Assembly: GCA_037133435.1 (NCBI GenBank)
Contig: JBAXOD010000005.1
Span: 1 to 61,350 of the forward strand
Source of the DNA: Candidatus Moraniibacteriota bacterium
GTDB lineage: Bacteria; Patescibacteriota; Minisyncoccia; Moranbacterales; UBA1568
Direction: 5' to 3'
DNA length: 61,350 nt
Made by a program: the position numbers and the translations under genes. Numbering within the stretch: the stretch's first letter is position 1; each line of letters begins with the position of its first letter. Under the pieces are notes generated by a model that searched no databases, was not told where the DNA came from, and saw only the letters and a program-made list of their open reading frames with translations. Shown here in pieces: positions 35,912-46,949 of this stretch.

Positions 35912-36244
35912 CTACCGGATACCCTGGAAACTCGCGTCACCGAGGACATAGTGTTCGGAATGGGCGATGCCGCTATCCGATATCGAAACGGTACGGGTCT
36001 TCTTGAGTGCGGCCAATTCGTCCTCGATTGCCTTTTGTTCCAAGGCGTCCTGGACCGCTTTCGTCGCCAATTCCAACTTCAGGGTATTGAGATCGCTTCT
36101 GGTGGCGCTGATCTCGCTTTGAGTCCCGGTAATGGCCGTCCAAACGTCCTCAAACGAATTCCCGCTCGTGACCGTTCCTGCCAAAGCTACGCCCGCCATA
36201 GTAAACAGGCTCGCAAACGCGACCCCGAAAAGAAATTGCTTCAT
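35912..36244 (-). CDS. Hypothetical secreted coiled-coil protein
   Basis: Signal peptide MKQFLFGVAFASLFTMAGVALA. Confidence 0.7.
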   Translation of the reverse strand: MKQFLFGVAFASLFTMAGVALAGTVTSGNSFEDVWTAITGTQSEISATRSDLNTLKLELATKAVQDALEQKAIEDELAALKKTRTVSISDSGIAHSEHYVLGDASFQGIR

Positions 36245-36307
36245 AACGCTTCGAAACGCTCAATATGGTAACTCGGAACCATATGTGATAAATGCCTTTT
36301 TGTCAAG

Positions 36308-36336
36308 AAAAAAACCACCCTACAGGGTGGTTTTTT
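36308..36336. terminator. Intrinsic terminator after efp
   Basis: AAAAAAACCACCC-TACA-GGGTGGTTTTTT. Confidence 0.8.
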
Positions 36337-36476
36337 CGCTCTTCTCTATTCTTGATCCTTCCTTCTTTCTTCCGAATTCCGTTCCCTCACCCGTGAACGC
36401 GTAAACCCGTTCACTGAGCAACGCTCTTTCTCTCGTTCACTGTTGTTGGTTGTAAGTTGCAAGTCGTCAGTTTGTC

Positions 36477-37034
36477 TTACGCCCTCGACACGTACGCGCC
36501 CTTTTCCGTATTCACGATGACCCGGTCACCGGCGGAAACGAACAACGGGACGGTCAGTTTGAGTCCGTTCTCAAGCGTGACGACCTTGTCCCCGCCCGAG
36601 GCGGTATCGCCCTTGAGCCCCGGAGGAGCATCGGCCACCGCGAATTCCATCTTCACCGGAAGTTCCACGTTCACCGCGTGACCGTCGTAATTCAACACGG
36701 TCACTTCGGTTCCCTCGATGAGATATTTTGCGGCATCGCCGAGCGTCCCGGACGGCAATGCGAACTGCTCGTAACTCTCGGAATCCATGAAATGATATTC
36801 GTCCCCTTCCGGATAGAGGTACTGCGCGGTCGATTTGGACGTCTCCGCTTCCTCGAACTTGTCCTTGTCCTGGAAGGTGTATTCGATGGTCGACCCGGTC
36901 AGGATGTTCCGCAGTTTCGTACGCATGACCGCTCCGGCACGACCCGTCTTGGAATGCTGATAATCGAGCACGACGAACGGCTGTCCGTCCCACACGATCT
37001 TCTTTCCGGTTTTGATGTCACTGAGTCCGAGCAT
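36477..37034 (-). CDS. efp: Elongation factor P
   Basis: HSKTGRAGAVMRTK, PGLKGDTASGG and VPLFV. Confidence 0.97.
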   Translation of the reverse strand: MLGLSDIKTGKKIVWDGQPFVVLDYQHSKTGRAGAVMRTKLRNILTGSTIEYTFQDKDKFEEAETSKSTAQYLYPEGDEYHFMDSESYEQFALPSGTLGDAAKYLIEGTEVTVLNYDGHAVNVELPVKMEFAVADAPPGLKGDTASGGDKVVTLENGLKLTVPLFVSAGDRVIVNTEKGAYVSRA

Positions 37035-37244
37035 AGAGCATTGAACAGTTAACAGTAATCAGACAACATATAACAACCAGCAGATAACATGGAACAGTCA
37101 ACATTGAACAGGAAATGAATAAGCAGATACCATTGAACAGAAATCGGGCGGTCTTACAAAAAAATTGCCTTCTGACCTCGCTCCCGCTTTATGTTATCTG
37201 ATATATGTTAGCTGCTTTCTGATCTTTATTATCTGCTCCATGAC

Positions 37245-37439
37245 TTACTTCACCACGAACGGGATGAGTCCCATGAAGCGGGCCCGCTTGATGGCAAGCG
37301 AGATGTCCTTCTGCTGCCGTGCGGACAATCCGTACCGCTTCGGCGGATAAATCTTGCCCTGTGAGTTCAGGAACCGACGAAGGAAATAGGCATCCTTGTA
37401 GTCGAGGTTCTCGAGCTTTTTCTGCATCGCGTCTTCCAT
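37245..37439 (-). CDS. rpsR: 30S ribosomal protein S18 (Cys-free form)
   Basis: LDYKD...GKIYPPKRYG...AIKRARFMGLIPF. Confidence 0.95.
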   Translation of the reverse strand: MEDAMQKKLENLDYKDAYFLRRFLNSQGKIYPPKRYGLSARQQKDISLAIKRARFMGLIPFVVK

Positions 37440-37524
37440 AGTCGTACAAAATAAATGATATCTGCACCGACATCCGTTCCGTTCTTCCAGTTGTGAGTTG
37501 TAAGCGGTCGGTTGTCAGTTGTCC

Positions 37525-38037
37525 TTAGAACGGCACATCCTCGATCCGCACCTCTTCCTTCTCGTCGTCGAGGTTGATGGTCGGGATCTCCTCCTCGATC
37601 GGGGCTGCGGCCGCGGGCCGCGAAGCCTGATACGGCGCTCCCTGAGGACGCGCGGCCGGAGCCGGACTTCCTCCCTGACGCGGAGCGTATCCGCCCTGTC
37701 CCTGTCCCTGTGAACGGGAGCCCATCTGCATCGACTCACCGACGATCTCGGTCGTCTTGCGCTCTATGCCGTCCTTGCCCACGAATGAGCGGGTCTGGAG
37801 GCGTCCCTCGATGAAACATTCCGCACCCTTCGTGAGATACTGCCCGGCGATCTCGGCCAGACGTCCCCACAAAACGACGGTATGGAATTCGGTCTTCTCC
37901 TGCTTCTGTCCGGCCTTATCCGCCCAGGAATGATTGGTTGCCATACCGAGCGTCGCGACTGTCTGACCCGACTGCGTCGTGCGTACGTCGGGATCGCGCG
38001 TCAACCGTCCCACTATGATGACCCTGTTCACGTTCAT
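37525..38037 (-). CDS. ssb: Single-stranded DNA-binding protein
   Basis: VNRVIIVGRLTRDP and C-terminal EDVPF. Confidence 0.98.
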   Translation of the reverse strand: MNVNRVIIVGRLTRDPDVRTTQSGQTVATLGMATNHSWADKAGQKQEKTEFHTVVLWGRLAEIAGQYLTKGAECFIEGRLQTRSFVGKDGIERKTTEIVGESMQMGSRSQGQGQGGYAPRQGGSPAPAARPQGAPYQASRPAAAAPIEEEIPTINLDDEKEEVRIEDVPF

Positions 38038-38207
38038 AATATTTTCGGTTACCCGATTAGATATTGTCGCGTTATTGCCACGCTATCGCATTGTCATATT
38101 CTCTCTTCTCCTCTGTTCTGACCTTACAGACCTGATAGACCTTCGACTTTTCACTTCCCCGTCCCCGTTCCCGATTTTACATTTTTCACTTTCAACTTTT
38201 CACTTCC

Positions 38208-38753
38208 TTAGATATCGAGCACCTCTTCCAACTGCTTGTCGAGCTTGCTCTGCTCCACCGGGCGCTCGGCCACTTCCTTGCCCTTCGTATCGCTCTCCCG
38301 TCCTGCGACCGGACCGCGATCGGTCGTCCGTCTCGCGGGTGTCGCCCGACGCTCGCTCCCGCGACGTTCCTGCCGGGTCCGCTCGACGCGCGGAATCGCC
38401 TTGAGTTCCGGAAGGCGTTCCGCCCGAAGCACCATGAACCGGAGGATCGGCGCGTGCAGGCGAAGCAGCCGGCTGATGCCGTCGATCGGATTCTCCGTCT
38501 CTTCCTTCTTCTCGACGAATGCCTCGTCCCCCGCCATCGGGATCGAAAACCGTCTCGCGACATACGTCCCGCGATTCTCCTTGCGGATCTCATAGGCGAG
38601 ATTCCGTTTCTCCTCGGTCTCTTCCGGAAGGAAGGTCCCGCCGAAACCCGTCACGACTTTCTCGACTTCCTCTCGGACCTTCGGGAGCTCCGCATCGCGG
38701 GACTCTCCGACGAGATACAGGATCTCATACACCGCCACATCCTTTGCTGCCAT
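38208..38753 (-). CDS. rpsF: 30S ribosomal protein S6 with a long charged C-terminal tail
   Basis: YEILYL, KRNLAYEI and ILRFMVLR, located directly upstream of ssb-rpsR. Confidence 0.88.
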   Translation of the reverse strand: MAAKDVAVYEILYLVGESRDAELPKVREEVEKVVTGFGGTFLPEETEEKRNLAYEIRKENRGTYVARRFSIPMAGDEAFVEKKEETENPIDGISRLLRLHAPILRFMVLRAERLPELKAIPRVERTRQERRGSERRATPARRTTDRGPVAGRESDTKGKEVAERPVEQSKLDKQLEEVLDI

Positions 38754-38933
38754 ATCTGTTCCATTAGACGAATTACTGCCCCGCGAAAACACAAAACCGC
38801 CAAAAGAGAGCCCCCTGTGCGGTTTGGGCCCGCCCTAATCTTCCTCAAGGGAAGCGGGGCGAGCGTCGGACTTTCTCTCTTGTTGCCTTATCCTATCAGG
38901 GTTTCTTGATTCTGGCAAGACTCGCGCGATGCG

Positions 38934-40166
38934 TCAATTATTCTCGTATCCGCTCGCCAGACTCTGGACATTTTTCGCGTAATTGTTGCAGGCCGTCTTG
39001 ATGGCGGCGCTTGCGGGTTTGGTCGTCCCGCAATAATAAAGCATCGACGCGTTGTACTCGCCTTTCTTGCTCGTCGCCCCGCCGTTGGCCAATTTTTTCG
39101 CCATACCCATCACGCCATCGGTCACGCTCCACGGATCCGGCGGATTGTGACCGGTCGCCCCGGAAATGTACGATTTGTATCCGAGCCACGTCGTCGGCAT
39201 GAACTGCGCTATACCCATGGCGCCGCCGTATCCTATTTTTCCCGCGCACGAGATTTTCTTGCTGTTGAGGTCGTATCCGAGTTCCTTCATGATGCCCTTG
39301 AATGCGGTCGCATCGGCCGCTTTCACTCGCGTATTCTTGTACGTACAGCCGCCGGTATACCTTCCGAGTCCGCTCTCCTGGGTCAGCTCGGCCAATATGA
39401 AGCTCTTCCGGACTCCGGTCGCGTCGGCCGCGATCCCGGCCGCCTTCTTCACGTCGTCCGTACTCACGACCGTACCGAGCAAAGAAGACAGGTCGCTTTT
39501 CAATTTTTGCAGTTTTTGCTGCAACTCCGCGATAGTCACCGTCTGTTCCGCAAGGTCGGCCTGCGTCGACTGCTGGTCGGCGGTCAGCACCTGTTTCTGA
39601 TCGATCTTCTCGCTCAGGATCGCCTCGTGGGTCTGCTTCAACTGTTCAAGGCTCTGCCGCTCCACGACCGTCTGATCCTGGGAGGAATGGATATCGGACA
39701 ACAAAGCGCTCACACGGCTTTCGATCGCCAGCCGGCGGTCTTCGGCATTGAGCGCCAGCGTCACCTCGTCGCCGGAAAGCAACGCGTCGAGAAACGGCTC
39801 TCTCGATGCGGTCTGGATTTCCCGGATCAGCCCCGCGAGCACGAGCCGATTCCCCTCGATCCGCTCCTGGATGAGATCGATCTCGGCCTGTTTGCGATCG
39901 ATATCGTTCGCCGCCTGCGCGATGCGGATCTTCGCGGCGGCGATCGCCTGTTGGGTCGCCGAAAGCGAGGTGTTGATCTGTTTGAGGTCGTTGGCAAGAG
40001 ACGCCTGCAGGTCCTGCGCTTTCTTCAGCTTCTTGCTCAAAGCCGAGATGCTGTCCTGCACGTCGCTGATGGTGGCCTCTGCGTACACGACCAAAACCGG
40101 TGTGAACAATACACCGGACATGACGAGAACAAGGGAAAAGGCGAGCGCCCTGAATTTCCGTTTCAT
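38934..40166 (-). CDS. Secreted coiled-coil protein with a C-terminal lytic transglycosylase-like domain
   Basis: Signal peptide, long coiled coil, ELTQESGLG and YGGAMGIAQFMPTTW. Confidence 0.85.
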   Translation of the reverse strand: MKRKFRALAFSLVLVMSGVLFTPVLVVYAEATISDVQDSISALSKKLKKAQDLQASLANDLKQINTSLSATQQAIAAAKIRIAQAANDIDRKQAEIDLIQERIEGNRLVLAGLIREIQTASREPFLDALLSGDEVTLALNAEDRRLAIESRVSALLSDIHSSQDQTVVERQSLEQLKQTHEAILSEKIDQKQVLTADQQSTQADLAEQTVTIAELQQKLQKLKSDLSSLLGTVVSTDDVKKAAGIAADATGVRKSFILAELTQESGLGRYTGGCTYKNTRVKAADATAFKGIMKELGYDLNSKKISCAGKIGYGGAMGIAQFMPTTWLGYKSYISGATGHNPPDPWSVTDGVMGMAKKLANGGATSKKGEYNASMLYYCGTTKPASAAIKTACNNYAKNVQSLASGYENN

Positions 40167-40220
40167 ACGAGATATCATACCACGGAAACCATTCCGTCAG
40201 AAGGCGTACGAAGACCGAAA

Positions 40221-40247
40221 CGGGCCACCCTGTTTATGGGTGGCCCG
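40221..40247 (-). terminator. Hairpin after recA
   Basis: CGGGCCACCC-N7-GGGTGGCCCG. Confidence 0.65.
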
Positions 40248-40271
40248 TGATTCCGTACGTGCAACGGTTTC

Positions 40272-41312
40272 TTACAGGAGCGCCGCCGCGTCCTCTTTCG
40301 CCTTCTTCATGATGGCCTTGCCGATTTCCGCGGCAACTTTCGGATTTTCCTTGAGGAACGTCTTGGCGGTCTCACGGCCGACACCGAGTTTCGTCTCGCC
40401 GAATATGTATGAGTTCCCCGATTTCTTCACGGTCTCGAGCCGGACACCCGTATCCAAGAGGTCACCGTTGGCCGAGATGCCCTCGTTGTACATGATGTCG
40501 AACTCGGTCGTCCGGAACGGTGGGGCGACCTTGTTTTTCACGACCTTCACCTTCACGCGGTTGCCGACCACGTCCTCGCCCTTCTTGATCTGCGCGGCGC
40601 GACGGATCTCAAGCCGGACCGAGGAATAGAACTTGAGCGCCTGTCCGCCGGACGTCGTCTCGGGATTGCCGAACATGACGCCGATCTTCATGCGGATCTG
40701 GTTGATGAACACGACCACCGTGTTCGACTTGGACATGATCGGGGTGAGTTTGCGCAGGGCCTGCGACATGAGCCGCGCCTGCCGACCGACGTGCTGGTCC
40801 CCCATCTCGCCCTCGATCTCCGCGCGCGGGACGAGTGCCGCGACCGAGTCCACCACGATCACGTCGAGCGCGTTCGAACGCACGAGTGTCTCGACGATGT
40901 CGAGCGCCTGTTCACCGGAGTCCGGCTGCGAAATGAGCAGATCGCTCGTACTGACCCCGAGCTTCTTCGCGTATTCCGGATCGAGCGCGTGCTCCGCGTC
41001 GATAAAGGCCGCCGTACCGCCCATCTTCTGCGCGTTCGCGATGATGTGCAGCGCCAAGGTCGTCTTGCCGGACGACTCCGGCCCATACACCTCGATGACC
41101 CGACCACGCGGCACCCCGCCGATGCCGAGTGCCATATCGAGCGAGACGGATCCGGTCGGAATCGCCTCGATATCCACCTTGCGGACTTCTCCGAGCTTCA
41201 TGATGATCTCGTCGCCGAACTTTTCCCGGATCGCCCCCATGACGGTATCAAGCCCGTCCTTGCCGCCCCGCTTCTCCGACTTCGCGTCTTTTGCCGCCTC
41301 TTTTGCTGCCAT
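40272..41312 (-). CDS. recA: Recombinase RecA
   Basis: [19 protein letters not shown] and [12 protein letters not shown]. Confidence 0.99.
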   Translation of the reverse strand: MAAKEAAKDAKSEKRGGKDGLDTVMGAIREKFGDEIIMKLGEVRKVDIEAIPTGSVSLDMALGIGGVPRGRVIEVYGPESSGKTTLALHIIANAQKMGGTAAFIDAEHALDPEYAKKLGVSTSDLLISQPDSGEQALDIVETLVRSNALDVIVVDSVAALVPRAEIEGEMGDQHVGRQARLMSQALRKLTPIMSKSNTVVVFINQIRMKIGVMFGNPETTSGGQALKFYSSVRLEIRRAAQIKKGEDVVGNRVKVKVVKNKVAPPFRTTEFDIMYNEGISANGDLLDTGVRLETVKKSGNSYIFGETKLGVGRETAKTFLKENPKVAAEIGKAIMKKAKEDAAALL

Positions 41313-41393
41313 ATGATTACGGTGATTAATACGAGGTTATTCCGTATCCCGATCGGCTACCAGTATAACATATTCCCGACCGATACAAGGATA

Positions 41394-42374
41394 CTATGAT
41401 CGTCCACCAACGCCGAAAGACGCCTTGGCGGGACCGTTCCCGTCGGAAAGCGGCGCCTCGGACCCGTTCACCGACCGGGCGAGTATCGCAGAGCCGCTGT
41501 CGGCCGATACGGTCACATCCTTCTCCGCCTCGAAATCAAGCGAAAGACCCTTGGTCGCCTCGCCGTTCCAGACGATCTGACCATCGGCCCGGACGGACAG
41601 ATTGGTCTTCGCGACCGCACGGACCGTAACCCGGACCGCCTTCTGTACCGGAATCTCGGCCTGCGGGGCGGACTGGTCCGCTGTCGGGGTTTCGGGAATA
41701 TCCGCATTCACGGAAATCATCCGTTCCCGTTCCTTTCCGAAACGGTTCGTCGAAGAAACGGTAATCTCGTTGAGGCCGCTTTTCAACGTGAGCCGTTCGG
41801 AAAAACCGCCATCCTCGTTCACGACCGTCTCTTCGCCGTTGATGAGGACCTTCGCGCGCGGATCGGTCTCCCCACTGACGACCGTCTCCGATCCGGTCAC
41901 GGTCTCGCCCTCGACGGGACCCGTGATGGACAATCTCGGTTCCGATACGAACGATCGCAGTTCGAGTGAAAGATACACGAAAAAACCGATAGCGACGAGA
42001 AACCCCGCAGCGACCGCGATCGATTTCGGTGAGACCGACAGGAAAAAACGTATCGGGGCGGCCGGTTCGAACCGGAACGTATCCACCCGGCCGAGATTCT
42101 TCTGGATGTTCCGCTCACGTTCGTAGAGTCGCAAGATGACGTCTTCCGGCACTCCGAGATATCCGGCGTAACTCCGGAGGAATCCGCGGACATAGACCTC
42201 GGCCGGGAGCTTGTCATACTCGCCGTTCTCGATCGCCTCGAGATACTTCACCTGGATCTTCGTCGAGCGCGACACCTCCCCGAGAGCGATCCGCCGATCG
42301 TTTCGTATTTTCCGGAATTTCTCCCCGAGCGTCATCGAACCGACTTTTTTTCTGGTGAAATTCACGGCATTCAT
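41394..42374 (-). CDS. RodZ-like helix-turn-helix membrane protein
   Basis: TLGEKFRKIR...YLEAIENGEYDKLPAEVYVRGFLRSYA, a transmembrane segment and an Ig-like region. Confidence 0.88.
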   Translation of the reverse strand: MNAVNFTRKKVGSMTLGEKFRKIRNDRRIALGEVSRSTKIQVKYLEAIENGEYDKLPAEVYVRGFLRSYAGYLGVPEDVILRLYERERNIQKNLGRVDTFRFEPAAPIRFFLSVSPKSIAVAAGFLVAIGFFVYLSLELRSFVSEPRLSITGPVEGETVTGSETVVSGETDPRAKVLINGEETVVNEDGGFSERLTLKSGLNEITVSSTNRFGKERERMISVNADIPETPTADQSAPQAEIPVQKAVRVTVRAVAKTNLSVRADGQIVWNGEATKGLSLDFEAEKDVTVSADSGSAILARSVNGSEAPLSDGNGPAKASFGVGGRS

Positions 42375-42504
42375 ATGTTCCACTCTACCATACTTGGTAT
42401 AAACAAAAAAGTCTCCGATATTCCCGTATCCAAGACTTTTTTTGTTTGTTTTTGAGAGAAAATGAGGGTGTTTCTTCGATCGTTCCCTTTCTTTTTTTCG
42501 TTTT

Positions 42505-42846
42505 TTATTTCTCCTCCCCGGACGTCAATTCATTCTCTTTCCGAAAAGGCGGAGAATTTACCAAAACCGCAGTGAATGTTCCCTCGAAACGATATTCCGT
42601 ATCCGCTGGTATGAATACGACATCGCCGGTTTCGGCGACAGATTCCCCGTCCACAATGAGCTCCCCTTTCAGTATATAGTATGCCCGATCACTCGTTGTT
42701 TTCGTCGTTTCGACATGATCGTTCGCGATACCGACTGCGATACTGACACGATTGCTCTCTTCCGCAGTCAACAGATTCAGGACGGAATACGAATCAGAAA
42801 TCTTTCTTTCTGCACTCTCTCGAGATCGAATGATCTTGATATTCAT
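42505..42846 (-). CDS. Cupin domain protein
   Basis: YYILKGELIVDG...GDVVFIPADTEY. Confidence 0.85.
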   Translation of the reverse strand: MNIKIIRSRESAERKISDSYSVLNLLTAEESNRVSIAVGIANDHVETTKTTSDRAYYILKGELIVDGESVAETGDVVFIPADTEYRFEGTFTAVLVNSPPFRKENELTSGEEK

Positions 42847-43147
42847 AATCATTTGAATCAATTCACTGCTCCGTTCCCTTTTCTTTCTTTTCGATCCCAA
42901 CCTGTTAACGCGTTAACCCGTTAACCAAGTAGCGTCCGTTTTATGGACTTTATGGACCCCGTAAAATCTCATTGACTCAATCACGGGGCATGCTTTACGG
43001 ACCCTACAGACCCCGAATCCCGTTGTCAGTTATGGGCAGTAAGTTGTGAGTTGTGAGTTGTGAGTTGTGAGTTGCCCGATCGTCCTTGCGAGCCGGTCCG
43101 ATCACTCTGCGAAGCGGAGATGTATCGGATAAGTTATCTGTCCTTTC

Positions 43148-45634
43148 TCACACCTGCCACTTGTCGCGGGAGCTCTGATCCGCCATCGGGTCGTCGTATG
43201 CCGCCTCGCCCGTCTCACCGGCGTGTTTGCCCACGAGGACGACCCGCCCTCGGTTCCTCCCTTCGGCCGGACCGATGACCCCCTGTTCCTCGAGCATATC
43301 GAGGAGCTTCGCCGCACGACCGTACCCGATAGACAGTTTCCGCTGCAAAAACGTCGTCGCGGCGCGACCGGTCTCGACCACGACCTGTTTCGCTTCCTCA
43401 TACCGCTCATCGTGTTCGGACATGCCATCGTCGGAAGAAGCGGAAAAATCATCGCCGGACGGGAACGAACCAGGACCGGCATCCGCCGCCGTCTCGTGCC
43501 CGCCGAAGTCCTCGCCGATCTCCTGTTCACCGTGACGGAGCTGTTCATCGATCAGGAACTTGACGATATCCTTGACCTCGCGATCGTCGACAAAGACACC
43601 TTGGATCCGTTTCGGTTGCGAAGCTCCCGGTGCGGCATAGAGCATGTCGCCCTTGCCGATCAGTTTGTCCGCGCCTCCCGTGTCGAGGATGATGCGCGAG
43701 TCCATTTGGTTCGAGACCGAGAACGCGATCTTGGCCGGGACGTTCGACTTGATGAGTCCGGTCACGACGTCCGAGATCGGTTTCTGCGTCGCCAGGACGA
43801 GGTGGATGCCCACCGCGCGAGACATCTGTGCGAGTCGTACGATCGCGGCCTCGACTTCCTTGCCGTGCGCCATCATCAGATCCGCCATCTCGTCGATGAC
43901 GATGACGATATACGGGATCGGTTCGAGATCCTCGCGATGGGTGTGACCCTCCGAATCCGTCACGGTCCGACGCTCGCCGAGCAGGTACTTTTCCCGATAG
44001 GAGGCGAGGTCGCGTGCATGGACCGACTCGAAAATCCGCAGTCGGCGTTCCATCTCGCCGACGGCGTATTTGAGCGCGTTCACGACGTGCTTGGGCTCCG
44101 TGATGACCTTACCGCCCTTGAGGTACGGGATCTGGTTATAGAGCGACAACTCCACGCGCTTCGGATCGACCAGGATCAGCTGCAGATTCTCCGGCGTGTT
44201 CTGAAACAGAAGCGAGAGCAAAACCGAATTGATACAGACGCTCTTGCCCGATCCGGTCCGGCCGGCGATCAAAAGATGCGGCATCGATTCGAGGTCGGCG
44301 ATCTCGTACGTGCCGGATACCGTCTCACCGAGTATGATCGAGAGGCTCGACTTCCGGTTCTTGAATTCGCGGCTCTCGAGGATGTCGCGCATGCGCACGG
44401 CGGCCTGTGTCACGTTCGGCACCTCGATACCCACGAGCGACTTCCCGGGGATCGGGGCCTCGATGCGGATAGGGTGCCGGGCGAGCGCGAGCGCGAGATC
44501 GTTCGAAAGCGAGACGATCTTGGACAGCCGGGTCCCGAACGCGGGACTGAAGGTATACTGCGTGACCGTCGGTCCGACGGTGGTCTCCCCCATCTCGCCG
44601 GATATGTTGAAATATTTGAGCGTGCTCTGGATGATCCGCTGCGTGTCCTCGGTATCGCTCGCCGATCCCTTCTGCGAACGACTCGTGAAGATGCCGATGT
44701 CCGGCGTGCGGAACCGTCCCACGGATTTCCTCCGCCGGGGAGCGGGCGCATCCTCGGTCTCTTCCGCATCGTGCTCATCCGGATCGTCTCCGCCGATCGC
44801 CACTTCCGCGACATTCGCCGAAGCCTCGTCCTCGGTTTCCGGCTCGTCCGGGAAATTGATCTCCTGGATATTGTGCTGTCCGAGCGGATCGGCCATGCCG
44901 ACCTCATTCGACGAAGCGGCCTCCGGTTCCTGTTCCGGAATGAACGGGCTGGGGATCGGTTCGGCTTTCGGCTGCAGATGAAACGATTCGATGACCGGAG
45001 ACGCGTCATCCGTCTTCGGTTCCCCCCGGAGCGAAACGACGGATCGCTTCAACCATGACAGGAAGTGCATGAGTGACACGTTGAACGCCGCCACCGCGCC
45101 GGACAAGAGGAGCGCCGCAAGGATGACCGCGGCCGCGGCCCGGCCGGTATACGTGAACAAAAACGCGGCGACTCCGTAGCCGACATACCCGCCGCCGGAC
45201 CCCTTCTTGGCCACGGTCAGCATTTCCTTCGCACTATCCCCGAGGAACAGGTGGAAAAACCCGAGTAAGGAAAGAAACACGAGAAACAATCCGGAAAATT
45301 TCACGACGTCGGCAAAAGTGGTCGTCCGACGACGGAGGAGAAAATATGCCCACACCACCAAGAGAAGCGGGAACAGCCATTTTCCCCATCCGAAAAGCCA
45401 TCCGACCCCGTTGTCGAGCCAGAGTCCGAGCGTCCCGCCGATGCCGAAGAACGCCAAGAGAAACAATATCGAGAACATGACGAGTACGATCGCCGCGATG
45501 CTCCGTTTCGCATCCCCTCCCAGCGCGTCGCCCCATCCCGATTCCTCATCGATATCTTCCTCTTCGATCTCGACCTCGACCTCTTTCTTCCGACGACCCC
45601 GTTTCGGTTTCTCTTCCGGTTTTTTTCTCCCCAT
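43148..45634 (-). CDS. ftsK: DNA translocase FtsK/SpoIIIE
   Basis: Four N-terminal transmembrane segments, PHLLIAGRTGSGKS, VVIDEMADL and a gamma domain. Confidence 0.97.
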   Translation of the reverse strand: MGRKKPEEKPKRGRRKKEVEVEIEEEDIDEESGWGDALGGDAKRSIAAIVLVMFSILFLLAFFGIGGTLGLWLDNGVGWLFGWGKWLFPLLLVVWAYFLLRRRTTTFADVVKFSGLFLVFLSLLGFFHLFLGDSAKEMLTVAKKGSGGGYVGYGVAAFLFTYTGRAAAAVILAALLLSGAVAAFNVSLMHFLSWLKRSVVSLRGEPKTDDASPVIESFHLQPKAEPIPSPFIPEQEPEAASSNEVGMADPLGQHNIQEINFPDEPETEDEASANVAEVAIGGDDPDEHDAEETEDAPAPRRRKSVGRFRTPDIGIFTSRSQKGSASDTEDTQRIIQSTLKYFNISGEMGETTVGPTVTQYTFSPAFGTRLSKIVSLSNDLALALARHPIRIEAPIPGKSLVGIEVPNVTQAAVRMRDILESREFKNRKSSLSIILGETVSGTYEIADLESMPHLLIAGRTGSGKSVCINSVLLSLLFQNTPENLQLILVDPKRVELSLYNQIPYLKGGKVITEPKHVVNALKYAVGEMERRLRIFESVHARDLASYREKYLLGERRTVTDSEGHTHREDLEPIPYIVIVIDEMADLMMAHGKEVEAAIVRLAQMSRAVGIHLVLATQKPISDVVTGLIKSNVPAKIAFSVSNQMDSRIILDTGGADKLIGKGDMLYAAPGASQPKRIQGVFVDDREVKDIVKFLIDEQLRHGEQEIGEDFGGHETAADAGPGSFPSGDDFSASSDDGMSEHDERYEEAKQVVVETGRAATTFLQRKLSIGYGRAAKLLDMLEEQGVIGPAEGRNRGRVVLVGKHAGETGEAAYDDPMADQSSRDKWQV

Positions 45635-45789
45635 AAAGAAAGATTGAATATGTCACGATACGATCGTACCTCGATTCATCCCGTATTATAGCACCGGAGC
45701 GGAAAGACGGAAAACCGGCGTTTTCGGGCGAAAAAGACAAATACCCATGGTCGGCTGACGCACGGGTATTCGGTTCCATTCTTGTTCCA

Positions 45790-46221
45790 TCAGTTCGTAA
45801 AGGAAACCTGCCCTCCGAACAAATGAACGGACAGCGGAATTCGGTTCTCTTGGCACGGTTCGAGGGCGACTTCCTTCGGAAACGGAAGCAAAAACACGTT
45901 TCCGTGTATTTCAATCTGCTCCGCGATCCACTGGGATACGTACCGTTTCGTTTTAATACTCGATGAACCGTCCCTGATATCACGCGATAGTTCAGCGACC
46001 GATTTTTTAAACGCTTCATCTCCAAGAAAAGGATGTTTCTTCGCGAGCGCACGTCGGCATAACTCCACGGTTTGAGAATCCGGATTTCTTACGGATACAC
46101 GAAGCATGGAAGATATGATCGGCGCGAATCGGAAGCTTTCTTTTTCGGAGTAGATCTCGAAACCCAGCATGAAAATCACGAGATCTCCGAGTCGACAGCT
46201 GTCTGTTGTTTTTTTCCGCAT
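45790..46221 (-). CDS. Hypothetical protein
   Basis: 143-aa ORF in an AT-richer tract. The start is uncertain. Confidence 0.5.
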   Translation of the reverse strand: MRKKTTDSCRLGDLVIFMLGFEIYSEKESFRFAPIISSMLRVSVRNPDSQTVELCRRALAKKHPFLGDEAFKKSVAELSRDIRDGSSSIKTKRYVSQWIAEQIEIHGNVFLLPFPKEVALEPCQENRIPLSVHLFGGQVSFTN

Positions 46222-46361
46222 GATTGGTAAGGTTCTGGTTCCCGCGGAAGCCCCGCAGTCGGCATACTTCCTTTCACATGTATCTCATTCGTACCGCATA
46301 CGCAAACACGTGTCAATAAAAAACAAGGCTCGTTCTTTCAAGCCTTGTCGTCGATGTTCTT

Positions 46362-46949
46362 TCACGGCACGCACCTCGGTATGCTGGACATCGTTTTAAA
46401 AGTCGCGGGTGCCGCATTCTCTTCGTTCAGGAATCTCAATCCGATCTTTCCGCGATAGGGTTCGCGTGAGAAAAAAACGGGGTTCACACGAGCCGGATCT
46501 GTATTGGGAAAGTCTTTTTTCCGGATCTTGAACAGGCTCCTCACCCCTACCAGGGAACAGCCGACCGTATTCCCGATATAGAAGGACAGCCCGCCTTTTT
46601 TCGAATGGAATCCGGAAAAGGATTCCGCCTCCGAGGGAGCGTTCCCCCGTTGCTCATAACACTCGGGAAGTGTGACATAAGATTTCGGTAGGGATGCCCC
46701 CTTCGGAATGGGAAATCTCAGTCCGAGCCCGATGACCGGTTCACTCCCCTTCGCGCCGCTGCGTTTCAGCAAGACGACCAGGATCACGTCCTCATCCTTC
46801 AGTTCCGGAAATTTCTTTTGAAGTTTTCGGAGTTCCGGAATGATCCGTTTTTTCATGGTCTTCTCGGTACACGCCAGACCCCGACCGATAATGAATCCGA
46901 ACCCTTCGTTCGTGGCATTGAACTTTCTTACTTTTGATTTTATTCCCAT
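46362..46949 (-). CDS. Hypothetical basic protein
   Basis: 195-aa ORF with AAGGAGAGG SD-like sequence upstream. Confidence 0.7.
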   Translation of the reverse strand: MGIKSKVRKFNATNEGFGFIIGRGLACTEKTMKKRIIPELRKLQKKFPELKDEDVILVVLLKRSGAKGSEPVIGLGLRFPIPKGASLPKSYVTLPECYEQRGNAPSEAESFSGFHSKKGGLSFYIGNTVGCSLVGVRSLFKIRKKDFPNTDPARVNPVFFSREPYRGKIGLRFLNEENAAPATFKTMSSIPRCVP

